Positions 52,407-61,220 of a stretch of DNA of 64,000 bases are shown here, piece after piece; within the stretch, counting starts at the first letter, position 1; every line of letters starts with the position of its first letter. The DNA comes from Prevotella sp. Its GTDB lineage: Bacteria > Bacteroidota > Bacteroidia > Bacteroidales > Bacteroidaceae. The notes beneath the pieces were generated by a model. It did no database searches. It was given only the letters and a program-made list of their open reading frames with translations, and was not told where the DNA came from. Made by a program: the position numbers and the translations under genes. The stretch lies in NCBI GenBank assembly GCA_017455845.1, contig JAFSYY010000119.1, positions 14,678 to 78,677 of the forward strand, read 5' to 3'.

Positions 52407-52938
52407 GTGAAGAATGAAGAGTGAAGAGTGAAGAATTTGCTACCGCTGTCATGACTAACTATAAAAGAGAAGGTGGACCACTGCATATAAAAAGTTATGC
52501 TTTTGCAGTTAGAATAGTAAAAATGTTCCTACATTTTACTGATAGCGATTGGAAGTTGCAAGCCATATACAAACAGATTTTACGATCAGGAACTTCTATT
52601 TCTGCTAATGTTCATGAATCAGAATTTGCTCAAAGTCCTTCAGACTTCGCTTTCAAACTTCACATCGCATTAAAAGAAGCCAATGAAACCATGAATTGGC
52701 TGAATCTGTTGCATGATACCGACATCTTGTCAGAAAAAGAATTCGATAGTATGTCAAAGGATTGCAATGAGGTAATAGCATTATTAATTGCATCAATAAA
52801 AACGATAAAAAAAAATAATCAAATAAAATAGAAGCGAGGTGATAAGAAAAGAATTGCGGTAGCCGCTCGGCTTTGCCGCTTTTACAAAGCGTAGCGACTA
52901 AAAGAAATTCTTCACTCTTCACTCTTCACTATTCACTC
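52400..52938. mobile_element. Putative element: four-helix-bundle gene bracketed by inverted 7-bp arrays
   Basis: Perfect 24-bp inverted repeat at 52415-52438 and 52905-52928; AT-rich interior. Mobility is inferred, not shown. Confidence 0.6.
52451..52831 (+). CDS. Four helix bundle protein (23S rRNA IVS-protein / TIGR02436-like)
   Basis: KSYAFAVRIVK...QILRSGTSISANVHE...DFAFKLHIALKEANETMNWLNLL. Confidence 0.92.
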   Translation: MTNYKREGGPLHIKSYAFAVRIVKMFLHFTDSDWKLQAIYKQILRSGTSISANVHESEFAQSPSDFAFKLHIALKEANETMNWLNLLHDTDILSEKEFDSMSKDCNEVIALLIASIKTIKKNNQIK

Positions 52939-52942
52939 TATT

Positions 52943-54277
52943 ATGAAACTCTGGGAAAAAGACTTTGAAATCAACAGCGAGATAGAGCGGTTCACCGTGG
53001 GCAGAGACCGCGAGATGGACCTTTATCTGGCACCCTACGACGTGCTGGGGTCAATGGCACACATCACCATGCTCGAGAGCATCGGACTGCTGGGCAAGGA
53101 CGAACTGCCCGTGCTGCTGAAAGAACTGAGAAACATCTATGAGATGACGCAGCGCGGCGAGTTTGTGATTGAAGACGGCATCGAGGACGTGCACTCGCAG
53201 GTGGAACTGATGCTCACCCGCAAACTGGGCGACATGGGCAAGAAGATCCATTCGGGCCGCTCGCGCAACGACCAGGTGCTGGTGGACCTGAAACTTTTTA
53301 CACGACATCAGTTGCAACTGGTGGCCGAGAGCGTCAAGGATCTCTTCGACCAACTCATTGCCAAGAGCAACCAGTATAAGGACGTGCTGATGCCGGGCTA
53401 CACACACCTGCAGGTGGCCATGCCCAGTTCGTTCGGACTGTGGTTCGGTGCCTACGCCGAGAGCCTCTGCGACGACATGCTGTTTCTGCAGGCCGCCTAT
53501 AAGATGACCAACCGCAACCCCCTGGGGTCGGCCGCCGGCTATGGCTCGTCGTTCCCCCTGAACCGCCAGATGACCACCGACCTGCTGGGCTTCGACACGA
53601 TGGACTATAACGTGGTGTATGCGCAGATGGGGCGCGGGAAGATGGAGCGTAACGTGGGCTTCGCCATTGCCACCATTGCCGGCACGATGGCCAAACTGGC
53701 TTTCGATGCCTGTATGTTCAACTGCCAGAACTTCGGCTTCGTGAAACTGCCCAAGGAGTGTACCACGGGCTCGAGCATCATGCCTCACAAGAAAAACCCC
53801 GACGTCTTTGAGTTGATTCGTTCGAAGAGCAACAAACTGCAGAGCCTGCCCTATCAGGTGACGCTGATGATGAACAACCTGCCCGTGGGCTACTTCCGCG
53901 ACCTGCAGATTATCAAGGAGGTCTTCCTGCCTGCCTTCGACGAACTGCTCGACTGCCTGCGCATGACGGCATACATTATTAATAAGATAGAGGTGAACGA
54001 CCATATCCTCGACGATGAGCGCTACGACCCGATGTTCTCGGTAGAGGAGGTCAACCGCCTCGCGGCCAACGGCATGCCCTTCCGCGATGCCTACAAGAAG
54101 GTGGGGCTCGACATCGAGGCCGGCCGCTTCACACCCAACAAGGCCATCCATCACACCCATGAGGGTAGTATCGGCAACCTCTGCAACGACCGCATAGAAG
54201 CCTTGATGAACAGCGTGCTCGAAGGTTTTGCCTTCGACCGCGTAAAGCAGGCGGAAAAACGGTTAATTAATTCATAA
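52943..54277 (+). CDS. argH: Argininosuccinate lyase
   Basis: HSGRSRNDQ, PGYTHLQ, GSSIMPHKKNPD. Confidence 0.97.
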   Translation: MKLWEKDFEINSEIERFTVGRDREMDLYLAPYDVLGSMAHITMLESIGLLGKDELPVLLKELRNIYEMTQRGEFVIEDGIEDVHSQVELMLTRKLGDMGKKIHSGRSRNDQVLVDLKLFTRHQLQLVAESVKDLFDQLIAKSNQYKDVLMPGYTHLQVAMPSSFGLWFGAYAESLCDDMLFLQAAYKMTNRNPLGSAAGYGSSFPLNRQMTTDLLGFDTMDYNVVYAQMGRGKMERNVGFAIATIAGTMAKLAFDACMFNCQNFGFVKLPKECTTGSSIMPHKKNPDVFELIRSKSNKLQSLPYQVTLMMNNLPVGYFRDLQIIKEVFLPAFDELLDCLRMTAYIINKIEVNDHILDDERYDPMFSVEEVNRLAANGMPFRDAYKKVGLDIEAGRFTPNKAIHHTHEGSIGNLCNDRIEALMNSVLEGFAFDRVKQAEKRLINS

Positions 54278-54383
54278 TGCATAATTCCTAATTCATAATT
54301 CATAATTCATAATATCGAAGATGATATCACCTCAAAAAGCACGGCGCAGCCAATTATGCATTATGCATTATGCATTATGCATT
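54269..54383. repeat. Inverted 7-bp arrays (AATTCAT)6 ... (ATTATGC)4 around a ~39-bp core
   Basis: Overlaps the argH stop and the start of the next gene. Confidence 0.9.
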
Positions 54384-54917
54384 GCCATGCTCTTTTGCGC
54401 TTGCGAGGCCGACAACCTCTATAGTTCGGCCTACTGTAACTTTATGTTCCAGGCCTCCCTCTTTCCCACCAGCGCACTGACACGCGCCGTGTCGGGTGCG
54501 GGAGGCGACTTCTGCATCGTAAAAGCCGTGCTGGAGAAAGGCACCTACCACCTCAAACTCACACCCAACCAAGGCTCTTACGACAAGGCCGACCTCGACT
54601 TGGCCATGACCACGGCTATCGGCAACGAACGCATCAACTACAACACGATGGGCAAGAAGATGGGGCTTATTATCGGCCGCACCTACAGCGGCATGCTCTG
54701 CGCCTACGACCTGCAGTGCCCCAACTGCGATTTCAACTACGAACTGAGATGGGGCGAGAAGGCTCACGAACTCATTTGCGACAAATGCAAGCGTACCTAC
54801 GACATCTACGGTGAATACAGTTACGTGAAGAGCGGCGACGAGGGCAGACCATTGGAACAGTATAAACGCGTCTATTACTATCAGGACAGGGGAATACTCT
54901 CTGTGCAAAACCCGTAG
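54321..54917 (+). CDS. Putative lipoprotein with paired CxxC (Rieske-like/metal-binding) motifs
   Basis: LFCAC lipobox-like; AYDLQCPNC...LICDKCKRTY. Confidence 0.7.
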   Translation: MISPQKARRSQLCIMHYALCIAMLFCACEADNLYSSAYCNFMFQASLFPTSALTRAVSGAGGDFCIVKAVLEKGTYHLKLTPNQGSYDKADLDLAMTTAIGNERINYNTMGKKMGLIIGRTYSGMLCAYDLQCPNCDFNYELRWGEKAHELICDKCKRTYDIYGEYSYVKSGDEGRPLEQYKRVYYYQDRGILSVQNP

Positions 54918-55075
54918 ACGACGATAAAAAAGGCACATAACCGCCGCAAATGACCGCAAAACAAGACAGAAAGCATAAAAAAGACAAAAAAACTTGCATA
55001 TTCCGAGAAATAACACTAACTTTGCATCCGCTTTTATAAAAAAGCATGTGCATCCGCCTTTATAAAAAGGCTGCT

Positions 55076-55160
55076 GCCGCGATGGTGGAATGGTAGACAC
55101 GAGGGACTTAAAATCCCTTGACCAGGAATGGTTGTGCGGGTTCGAGTCCCGCTCGCGGCA
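55076..55160 (+). tRNA. tRNA-Leu (TAA)
   Basis: Acceptor stem gccgcga/tcgcggc, D-loop GG, anticodon arm aggga-cTTAAAa-tccct, long variable arm, GGTTCGAGT T-arm. Confidence 0.95.
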
Positions 55161-55192
55161 CTTTTTTCTCCACCAAGGTTGGTTTCAACCAC

Positions 55193-55239
55193 AAAAAAAT
55201 ACGCGAGCATGATGGTTCATGCTCGCGTAAATTTTATTT
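55193..55239. terminator. Bidirectional terminator
   Basis: A-run, tacgcgagcatga-tggt-tcatgctcgcgta, T-rich tail. Confidence 0.85.
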
Positions 55240-55248
55240 ACAAAAATA

Positions 55249-55521
55249 TTAATTCAGAGCGTCAGCAAGTTCTGCACCGGCCTTGAATTTGGCAGCCTTC
55301 TTTGCGGGAATCTGAATCTTTGCCTTTGTAGCGGGGTTGATACCTTCGCGGGCGGGGCGCTCGCTGATAGAGAATGTGCCGAAACCAACGAGGGCAACCT
55401 TGTCACCAGCAACCAGTGCATCCTTGATAGCAGCCATGGTAGCATCCAGAGCCTTCTTTGCGTCAACTTTCGAGAGACCAGCACCTGCTGCAATCTTCTC
55501 AACTAATTCTGTCTTGTTCAT
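55249..55521 (-). CDS. hup: DNA-binding protein HU
   Basis: MNKTELV...GFGTFS...REGINP...KFKAG. Confidence 0.97.
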   Translation of the reverse strand: MNKTELVEKIAAGAGLSKVDAKKALDATMAAIKDALVAGDKVALVGFGTFSISERPAREGINPATKAKIQIPAKKAAKFKAGAELADALN

Positions 55522-55788
55522 AAATTTGTTGTTTTTAAAATGAATAAATATGGTTAGTTGTACAAATTCTGACGCAAATTTAAATGTATTTCTTTAGAAA
55601 ACAAACAAAAAATCAGAAAAAATTTGATTTTTGATAAAAAAAAGTTGCTAAAGGGCTGATTTTGTGTAAAAAAACAGATATTTTTAGTAATTTTGCAGCC
55701 GAAAAAGTTGAAGACAACAAAAATAACGCAAATTTAAAATCGCAATTCGTCAATAGCAAAAAGTAAATTGTAAATAGAAAGAATCAAG

Positions 55789-56745
55789 ATGTTTCGTAAT
55801 ATTCCGATAGTTACAAAAAACCTCCTTATCATCAACGTGGTGGCCTATCTGGCATCGCTGTTTATACAGATTGGAGGGGAGAGTCTGGTGGACTGGGGAG
55901 CACTTCATTTCTTCATGGCAAGCGATTTCCACCTCTATCAGTTTATCACCTATCAGTTTCTGCACGGCGGGTTTACGCACCTGTTTTTTAACATGTTTGC
56001 CCTCTGGATGTTCGGTTGCGTGATAGAGAATGTGTGGGGTCCGAAGAAATTCATTTTTTATTACATTTTCTGCGGAATAGGGGCAGGCATCTGCCAGGAA
56101 CTGGTGCAGTATGTGCAGTTTGCTGCCGACGGCCTTACCAGCATGAACGCCACCGACATGCTGAACGTCAACGGCACGCATCTGATGACCGTCGACCAGG
56201 TGATGAACCTGTCGAGCACCATAGGCGCCTCGGGAGCCGTCTATGCCATCCTGCTGGCTTTCGGCATGACATTCCCCAACGAGCGCATCTTCATCTTCCC
56301 GCTGCCAGTGCCCATCAAGGCGAAATGGTTTGTGGTCATCTACGCCGGCATAGAGATGTTCTCGGCCATGGCCTCGGCAGGCGACGGCATCGCACACATG
56401 GCCCACCTGGGCGGCATGCTCTTTGGCTTCCTGCTCATCATGTACTGGCGCAAGCATGGCAGCCGCTTTGACCTGAACCGCAGCCGACAGTTCTTCGACC
56501 GCTGGTCGAAAACGGGCGCTTCCAAATATTCTGGCAACAGCAGTTATGCTGGCAATACCACCTTTTCGGGCAATGCCGGCAACACCAGTTATTCCCGGCC
56601 CGAGACCGACATGGAGTACAACGCCCGCAAGAAAGCGCTGCAGGATGAGATTGACGCCATTCTCGACAAGATCCGCAAGAGCGGCTACGACAGTCTGACG
56701 AAGGCAGAGAAACAGCGGCTCTTTGAGGCCAGTCACGCGAAATAA
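55789..56745 (+). CDS. Rhomboid intramembrane serine protease
   Basis: HLFFNM, GASG, AHLGG; C-terminal IDAILDKIRKSGYDSLT. Confidence 0.93.
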   Translation: MFRNIPIVTKNLLIINVVAYLASLFIQIGGESLVDWGALHFFMASDFHLYQFITYQFLHGGFTHLFFNMFALWMFGCVIENVWGPKKFIFYYIFCGIGAGICQELVQYVQFAADGLTSMNATDMLNVNGTHLMTVDQVMNLSSTIGASGAVYAILLAFGMTFPNERIFIFPLPVPIKAKWFVVIYAGIEMFSAMASAGDGIAHMAHLGGMLFGFLLIMYWRKHGSRFDLNRSRQFFDRWSKTGASKYSGNSSYAGNTTFSGNAGNTSYSRPETDMEYNARKKALQDEIDAILDKIRKSGYDSLTKAEKQRLFEASHAK

Positions 56746-57841
56746 TAAGGTGAAAGTCGTCAAGAAGATTATCATCGGCATGCTGACAGGTGCCAACGTA
56801 GTGACGGTGGCGCTGATGCTGTTTGTGGGCTATAGCGACCGCCTCAATCCCGCGACGTTTCCGCTGCTGGCCTTAGCGGGCATGCTGTTCCCGTTTTTCG
56901 CCGTGGCCAACCTGCTGTTTGTGCCCCTCTGGGTGGTGGTCAAATGGAAGCGCCTGTGGATTCCCGTGGCAGGCCTCGTCCTCGCGTATGTGCCCATACG
57001 TACCTATATTCCAATAAATTTCAATGACGACCCGCCAGACGACTGCCTCACCGTGGTGTCGTACAACACCTGCGGCTTCGGCGGCAACTGGAAATACGAC
57101 CATGCCGTAGACACCGTGGCCGACTATCTGCGGCGCGTCGATGCCGACATCGTGTGCCTGCAGGAAGATCATGGCGGCAAGGGCGGCAGCGGCTTCGACA
57201 AGTTGAAGGAACTCTATCCCTACAACGACACGACGCATATCTTCAAGAATGATAAGGCACTCAATGCCATTGGCATACACACCCGCTACCCCATCATCCG
57301 CAAGGAACGCATCGAATATGATTCGAAGTCAAACGCTTCTATTGCCTATTACCTGCTGAGGGGCGACGACACGCTGCTGGTCATCAACAACCACCTGGAG
57401 AGCACACACCTGACGGAGAACGAGCGCAGCGGATATAAGGACGTGCTGCGCGGCGAGGTGCCACGCGAAGAGGCCGAGGGGCGCATGCTGGGCATCTTCG
57501 AGAAACTGAGCCAGCAGATGGTCAAGCGGGCACCCGAGGCCGAGGCCGTGAGCCGTTATGTGGCCTCCCACCGCCAGTATCCTGCCATCGTCTGCGGCGA
57601 CTTCAACGACACCCCTATTTCCTACGCCCGCCATACCGTTGCCAAGAACCTGACCGACTGTTTTGTGACGGCCGGCTGCGGACTCGGTTTGTCATATAAT
57701 CGGAAAGGATTTAACCTTCGGATAGACCACATGATGTGCTCTTCAGAGTGGGTTCCCGTGAGTTGCGTTGTTGACGATAAAATAGACGCCAGCGACCATT
57801 ATCCACTGGTTTGCAGGCTGAAAAAGGCTGATAATCCTTAA
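56723..57841 (+). CDS. Endonuclease/exonuclease/phosphatase family protein
   Basis: SYN, CLQE, NHLES, GDFND, RIDH, SDHYP. Start uncertain. Confidence 0.9.
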   Translation: MRPVTRNNKVKVVKKIIIGMLTGANVVTVALMLFVGYSDRLNPATFPLLALAGMLFPFFAVANLLFVPLWVVVKWKRLWIPVAGLVLAYVPIRTYIPINFNDDPPDDCLTVVSYNTCGFGGNWKYDHAVDTVADYLRRVDADIVCLQEDHGGKGGSGFDKLKELYPYNDTTHIFKNDKALNAIGIHTRYPIIRKERIEYDSKSNASIAYYLLRGDDTLLVINNHLESTHLTENERSGYKDVLRGEVPREEAEGRMLGIFEKLSQQMVKRAPEAEAVSRYVASHRQYPAIVCGDFNDTPISYARHTVAKNLTDCFVTAGCGLGLSYNRKGFNLRIDHMMCSSEWVPVSCVVDDKIDASDHYPLVCRLKKADNP

Positions 57842-57945
57842 AAAATGTATGAAAAATGGCAAAAAATTTTCCATTGTGTAAAAAAATCACTATATTTGCA
57901 GGCTCAATTGCGCGTATATAAAATAATTAACATAAAAAAAACAAA

Positions 57946-60900
57946 ATGCAAAACAAAGGAATTGTAAAATTTATTGCAGTTGCACTCATCCTTGTGTGCT
58001 GCTTCTATCTTTCCTTCTCGTTTGTGACACGGCACTATGAAAACAAGGCCGAGGCACTGCGTGCAGAGGTTGGTGACAAGGCAGCCGAGGAGTACCTGGA
58101 TTCTGTTTCGTCCGAGGATCATGTATGGCTCGGCGCATGGAGCCTGGACGAGTGCCGTGAGATGGAGATTGGCCTGGGTCTTGACCTGAAAGGCGGTATG
58201 AACGTTATCCTGGAAGTGTCGGTGCCCGACATCGTGGATTTCCTGGCCGGCCACAAGACCGACGAAGGCTATCGCAAGGCTTTCGAGGCTGCCGTGAAGG
58301 ATGAGGAGCGTAGTCAGTCGGACTTCATCAGCCTCTTCGTGGAGCGCTGGAAGGAGTTTGGCGGCGGTCGCGCCCTGAACACCATCTTTGCCACGCAGCA
58401 GATGCGCGACAAGGTGAACACCAAGAGCACCGACGAGCAGGTCATCGCCGCCCTCAACGAGGAGGTGGAGGCTGCCATCGACAATGCAGAGACCGTGGTA
58501 CGTACCCGTGTCGACAAGTTTGGTGTGGCACAGCCCAACATCCAGAAACTGAGCGGCCAGAGCCGTATCATGGTGGAGATGCCCGGTGCCAAGAAGGATA
58601 AGGACCGTATCCTGAAACTGCTGTCGGGTAGTGCCAACCTGGAGTTCCAGGAGACCTACATGGCTCAGGAGGCCCTGCCTTATATTGCCCAGTTGAACCA
58701 GGCCTATATGATTGAGGCCAGCAACGAGCAGGCCGAGCAGAAAGATACCACCGCTGTTGTCGCCGAGGTTGCCGAAGCCGCTGCCGAGGTGGCAGAGGCT
58801 GCTGCCGAGACCGACTCTGTCAATGCCCTCGACCTGGCTGCCAAGCAGGCCGCCAAGGTAGAAGAGGCCACTGCCAGCCAGCAGACCGCCAGCCTGCTGA
58901 GCGTGCTCGACACCCGCTATGCCGGTATGGAGAGCCTCTGTATGGTTGGTTATGCCCATGTGACCGACACTGCCGACGTGAACAAAATCATCAACTCCGA
59001 CGTGGCCAAGCGTGTGCTGCCCAAGGAGATGCGCCTGCTCTGGGATGCCAAGGTGACCAAACTGGAGGATCCCGACACCCATAAGAAGAGCAAGGTGCTG
59101 GCCCTCTATGCCATCAAGGTCAACGACCCCAACGGCAAGGCTCCCCTTACGGGTGACGTGGTGACCACCGCCAAGGACGACTATAGCAACGAGATTGGCA
59201 ACGTAGGCCCCGTGGTGTCCATGCAGATGAACACTGAGGGTACACGTATCTGGGCCAACCTGACCAAGATGAACGTAGGCCGCGCCGTGGCCATCGTGCT
59301 CGACGATGTGGTATACAGCGCTCCTCGCGTCAACGGTGAGATCCCCGGCGGTAGTTCACAGATCTCCGGTAAGTTCACACAGGCCGACACCAAGGACCTG
59401 GCCAACACACTGAACTCTGGTAAGATGCCCGCCCCGCTGCGCGTCGCCTCTTATCAGATGGTAGGTCCCTCGCTCGGTGCTCAGTCCATCCAGCAGGGTA
59501 TCATCTCGTTCATCGTGGCCTTCGTGCTGCTGATGTGCGTCATGGTGCTGCTCTACAACTGGATTCCCGGTATGCTGGCCAACATGGCCCTGCTGTTCAA
59601 CCTGTTCTTCACGCTGGGTATCCTGGCATCGTTCCAGGCCGCACTGACCATGCCTGGTATCGCAGGTATCGTGCTGACGCTGGGTACGGCTGTGGATGCT
59701 AACGTGCTGATCTACGAACGTACGAAGGAGGAACTACGCAAGGGACTGAATATCAAGGAAGCCCTGAACCTCGGTTACTCGAACGCCTTCTCGGCTATCT
59801 TCGACTCTAACCTGACGTCATTGATTACAGGTGTCATTCTGTTCACCGTGGGTACCGGTCCTATCAAGGGCTTCGCCACCACCTGGATCATCGGTATCTG
59901 TATTGCCTTCTTCACCGCCGTGTTCATGACCCGTCTGGTCTACGACCGTCAGATGAAGCGCGACAAGTGGCAGAACCTCACGTTCTCTACCGCTTTCTCC
60001 AAGAACCTCATGCAGAACACGAAGTTCAACTTCATGGGCATGTTCAAGACGTCCTACACCATCTGGGCCGTTGCCGCCGTCATCTTCTGCATCAGTTTCT
60101 TTGTTCGCGGCCTCAGCAAGAGTATCGACTTCACCGGTGGACGTAACTATATCGTGGTGCTCGACAAGCAGGTGCCCGTGGAGGATGTACGTACTGCCTT
60201 CGACGGTGCCTTCGTACAGAACGACGACCAGAGCGGCAACCCCGGCTCGGCCGCCAGCACAACAATCATTGCACTGGGCGATGCTGCCAACCGCACCGTA
60301 CGTATCTCTACCAACTGGGACTACGATGTCAACAGCCCCGTGGTCGATGATGTCATCGAGGACAGCATCTACAGCGTGCTCTCCAAGGCCGGACTCATCA
60401 AGGCAGAGACCAGCAAGGAAGACTTCCGCACGCCTCCCGCCAACGAGGAGGACACCTCGAAGGGTACCATCGTCAGCAGCACAAAGGTAGGTCCGTCGGT
60501 GGCTAAGACCATCACTCAGGGTGCCATCATCAGCGTCATCCTGGCACTTATCGCCATCTTCCTCTACATCCTGCTGCGCTTCCGCAACGTGGCCTTCTCT
60601 ATCGGCTCTATCGTTGCATTGGGTCTCGACGCCCTCGTGGTTATCGGCTTCTACTCGCTGCTCCACACCTGGGTGCCCATGTCGCTCGAAATAGACCAGA
60701 CCTTCATCGGTGCTATCCTGACGGTGATCGGTTACTCTATCAACGATAAGGTGGTGGTCTTCGACCGTATCCGTGAGAACATGCAACTCTATGCCAAGCG
60801 CGACCGCAAGCGTCTGTTCAACGACTCGCTGAACCAGACCCTCGCACGTACCATCAACACCTCGGTGACCACGTTGATAGTGTTGCTCACCATCTTCTTC

Positions 60901-61056
60901 CTGGGTGGCGACAGCATCCGCTCGTTCGCTTTCGCCATGATCCTGGGTGTCATCTTCGGTACGCTGTCGTCAATCTTCATCGCTGCTCCTACGGCTTATC
61001 TCACCATGAGCAAAAAGGACCGCAAGGAAGAGTTGGCAGAGCCTGAGAAGAATTGA
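57946..61056 (+). CDS. secDF: Protein translocase subunit SecDF
   Basis: LGLDLKGG, AVDANVLIYER, IDFTGG, GYSINDKVVVFDRIRE. Confidence 0.97.
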   Translation: MQNKGIVKFIAVALILVCCFYLSFSFVTRHYENKAEALRAEVGDKAAEEYLDSVSSEDHVWLGAWSLDECREMEIGLGLDLKGGMNVILEVSVPDIVDFLAGHKTDEGYRKAFEAAVKDEERSQSDFISLFVERWKEFGGGRALNTIFATQQMRDKVNTKSTDEQVIAALNEEVEAAIDNAETVVRTRVDKFGVAQPNIQKLSGQSRIMVEMPGAKKDKDRILKLLSGSANLEFQETYMAQEALPYIAQLNQAYMIEASNEQAEQKDTTAVVAEVAEAAAEVAEAAAETDSVNALDLAAKQAAKVEEATASQQTASLLSVLDTRYAGMESLCMVGYAHVTDTADVNKIINSDVAKRVLPKEMRLLWDAKVTKLEDPDTHKKSKVLALYAIKVNDPNGKAPLTGDVVTTAKDDYSNEIGNVGPVVSMQMNTEGTRIWANLTKMNVGRAVAIVLDDVVYSAPRVNGEIPGGSSQISGKFTQADTKDLANTLNSGKMPAPLRVASYQMVGPSLGAQSIQQGIISFIVAFVLLMCVMVLLYNWIPGMLANMALLFNLFFTLGILASFQAALTMPGIAGIVLTLGTAVDANVLIYERTKEELRKGLNIKEALNLGYSNAFSAIFDSNLTSLITGVILFTVGTGPIKGFATTWIIGICIAFFTAVFMTRLVYDRQMKRDKWQNLTFSTAFSKNLMQNTKFNFMGMFKTSYTIWAVAAVIFCISFFVRGLSKSIDFTGGRNYIVVLDKQVPVEDVRTAFDGAFVQNDDQSGNPGSAASTTIIALGDAANRTVRISTNWDYDVNSPVVDDVIEDSIYSVLSKAGLIKAETSKEDFRTPPANEEDTSKGTIVSSTKVGPSVAKTITQGAIISVILALIAIFLYILLRFRNVAFSIGSIVALGLDALVVIGFYSLLHTWVPMSLEIDQTFIGAILTVIGYSINDKVVVFDRIRENMQLYAKRDRKRLFNDSLNQTLARTINTSVTTLIVLLTIFFLGGDSIRSFAFAMILGVIFGTLSSIFIAAPTAYLTMSKKDRKEELAEPEKN

Positions 61057-61136
61057 AGATTGATAATTGACAATTGACAACTGAATAATTCAGTCTTATT
61101 GAAGATTGATAATTGACAACTGAATAATTCAGTCTT
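61052..61136 (+). repeat. Tandem duplication of a 7-bp-array block over the secDF stop
   Basis: attgaagattgataattgacaattgacaactgaataattcagtctt, then the same block missing one 7-mer. Confidence 0.9.
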
Positions 61137-61143
61137 ATATATA

Positions 61144-61182
61144 AAAAAATATGTACGCACACCCGTGCGTACATATTTTTTA
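61144..61182. terminator. Bidirectional terminator
   Basis: aaaaaatatgtacgcac-accc-gtgcgtacatatttttt. Confidence 0.9.
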
Positions 61183-61220
61183 TTGACTCTGCAAGATTTT
61201 GTGTGTTTAAAGATGGGGCA

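Noticed and set aside
52451-52831. Diversity-generating retroelement, suggested by the Avd-like fold
   Set aside because: No reverse transcriptase and no TR/VR pair with adenine-specific mismatches seen in the window.
52400-52938. True 23S rRNA intervening sequence
   Set aside because: The flanks are protein-coding genes, not rRNA.
55023-55200. Integrated element at tRNA-Leu; ~26-bp duplication upstream of it
   Set aside because: No integrase and no repeated tRNA 3' end seen. The duplication looks like a local leader duplication.
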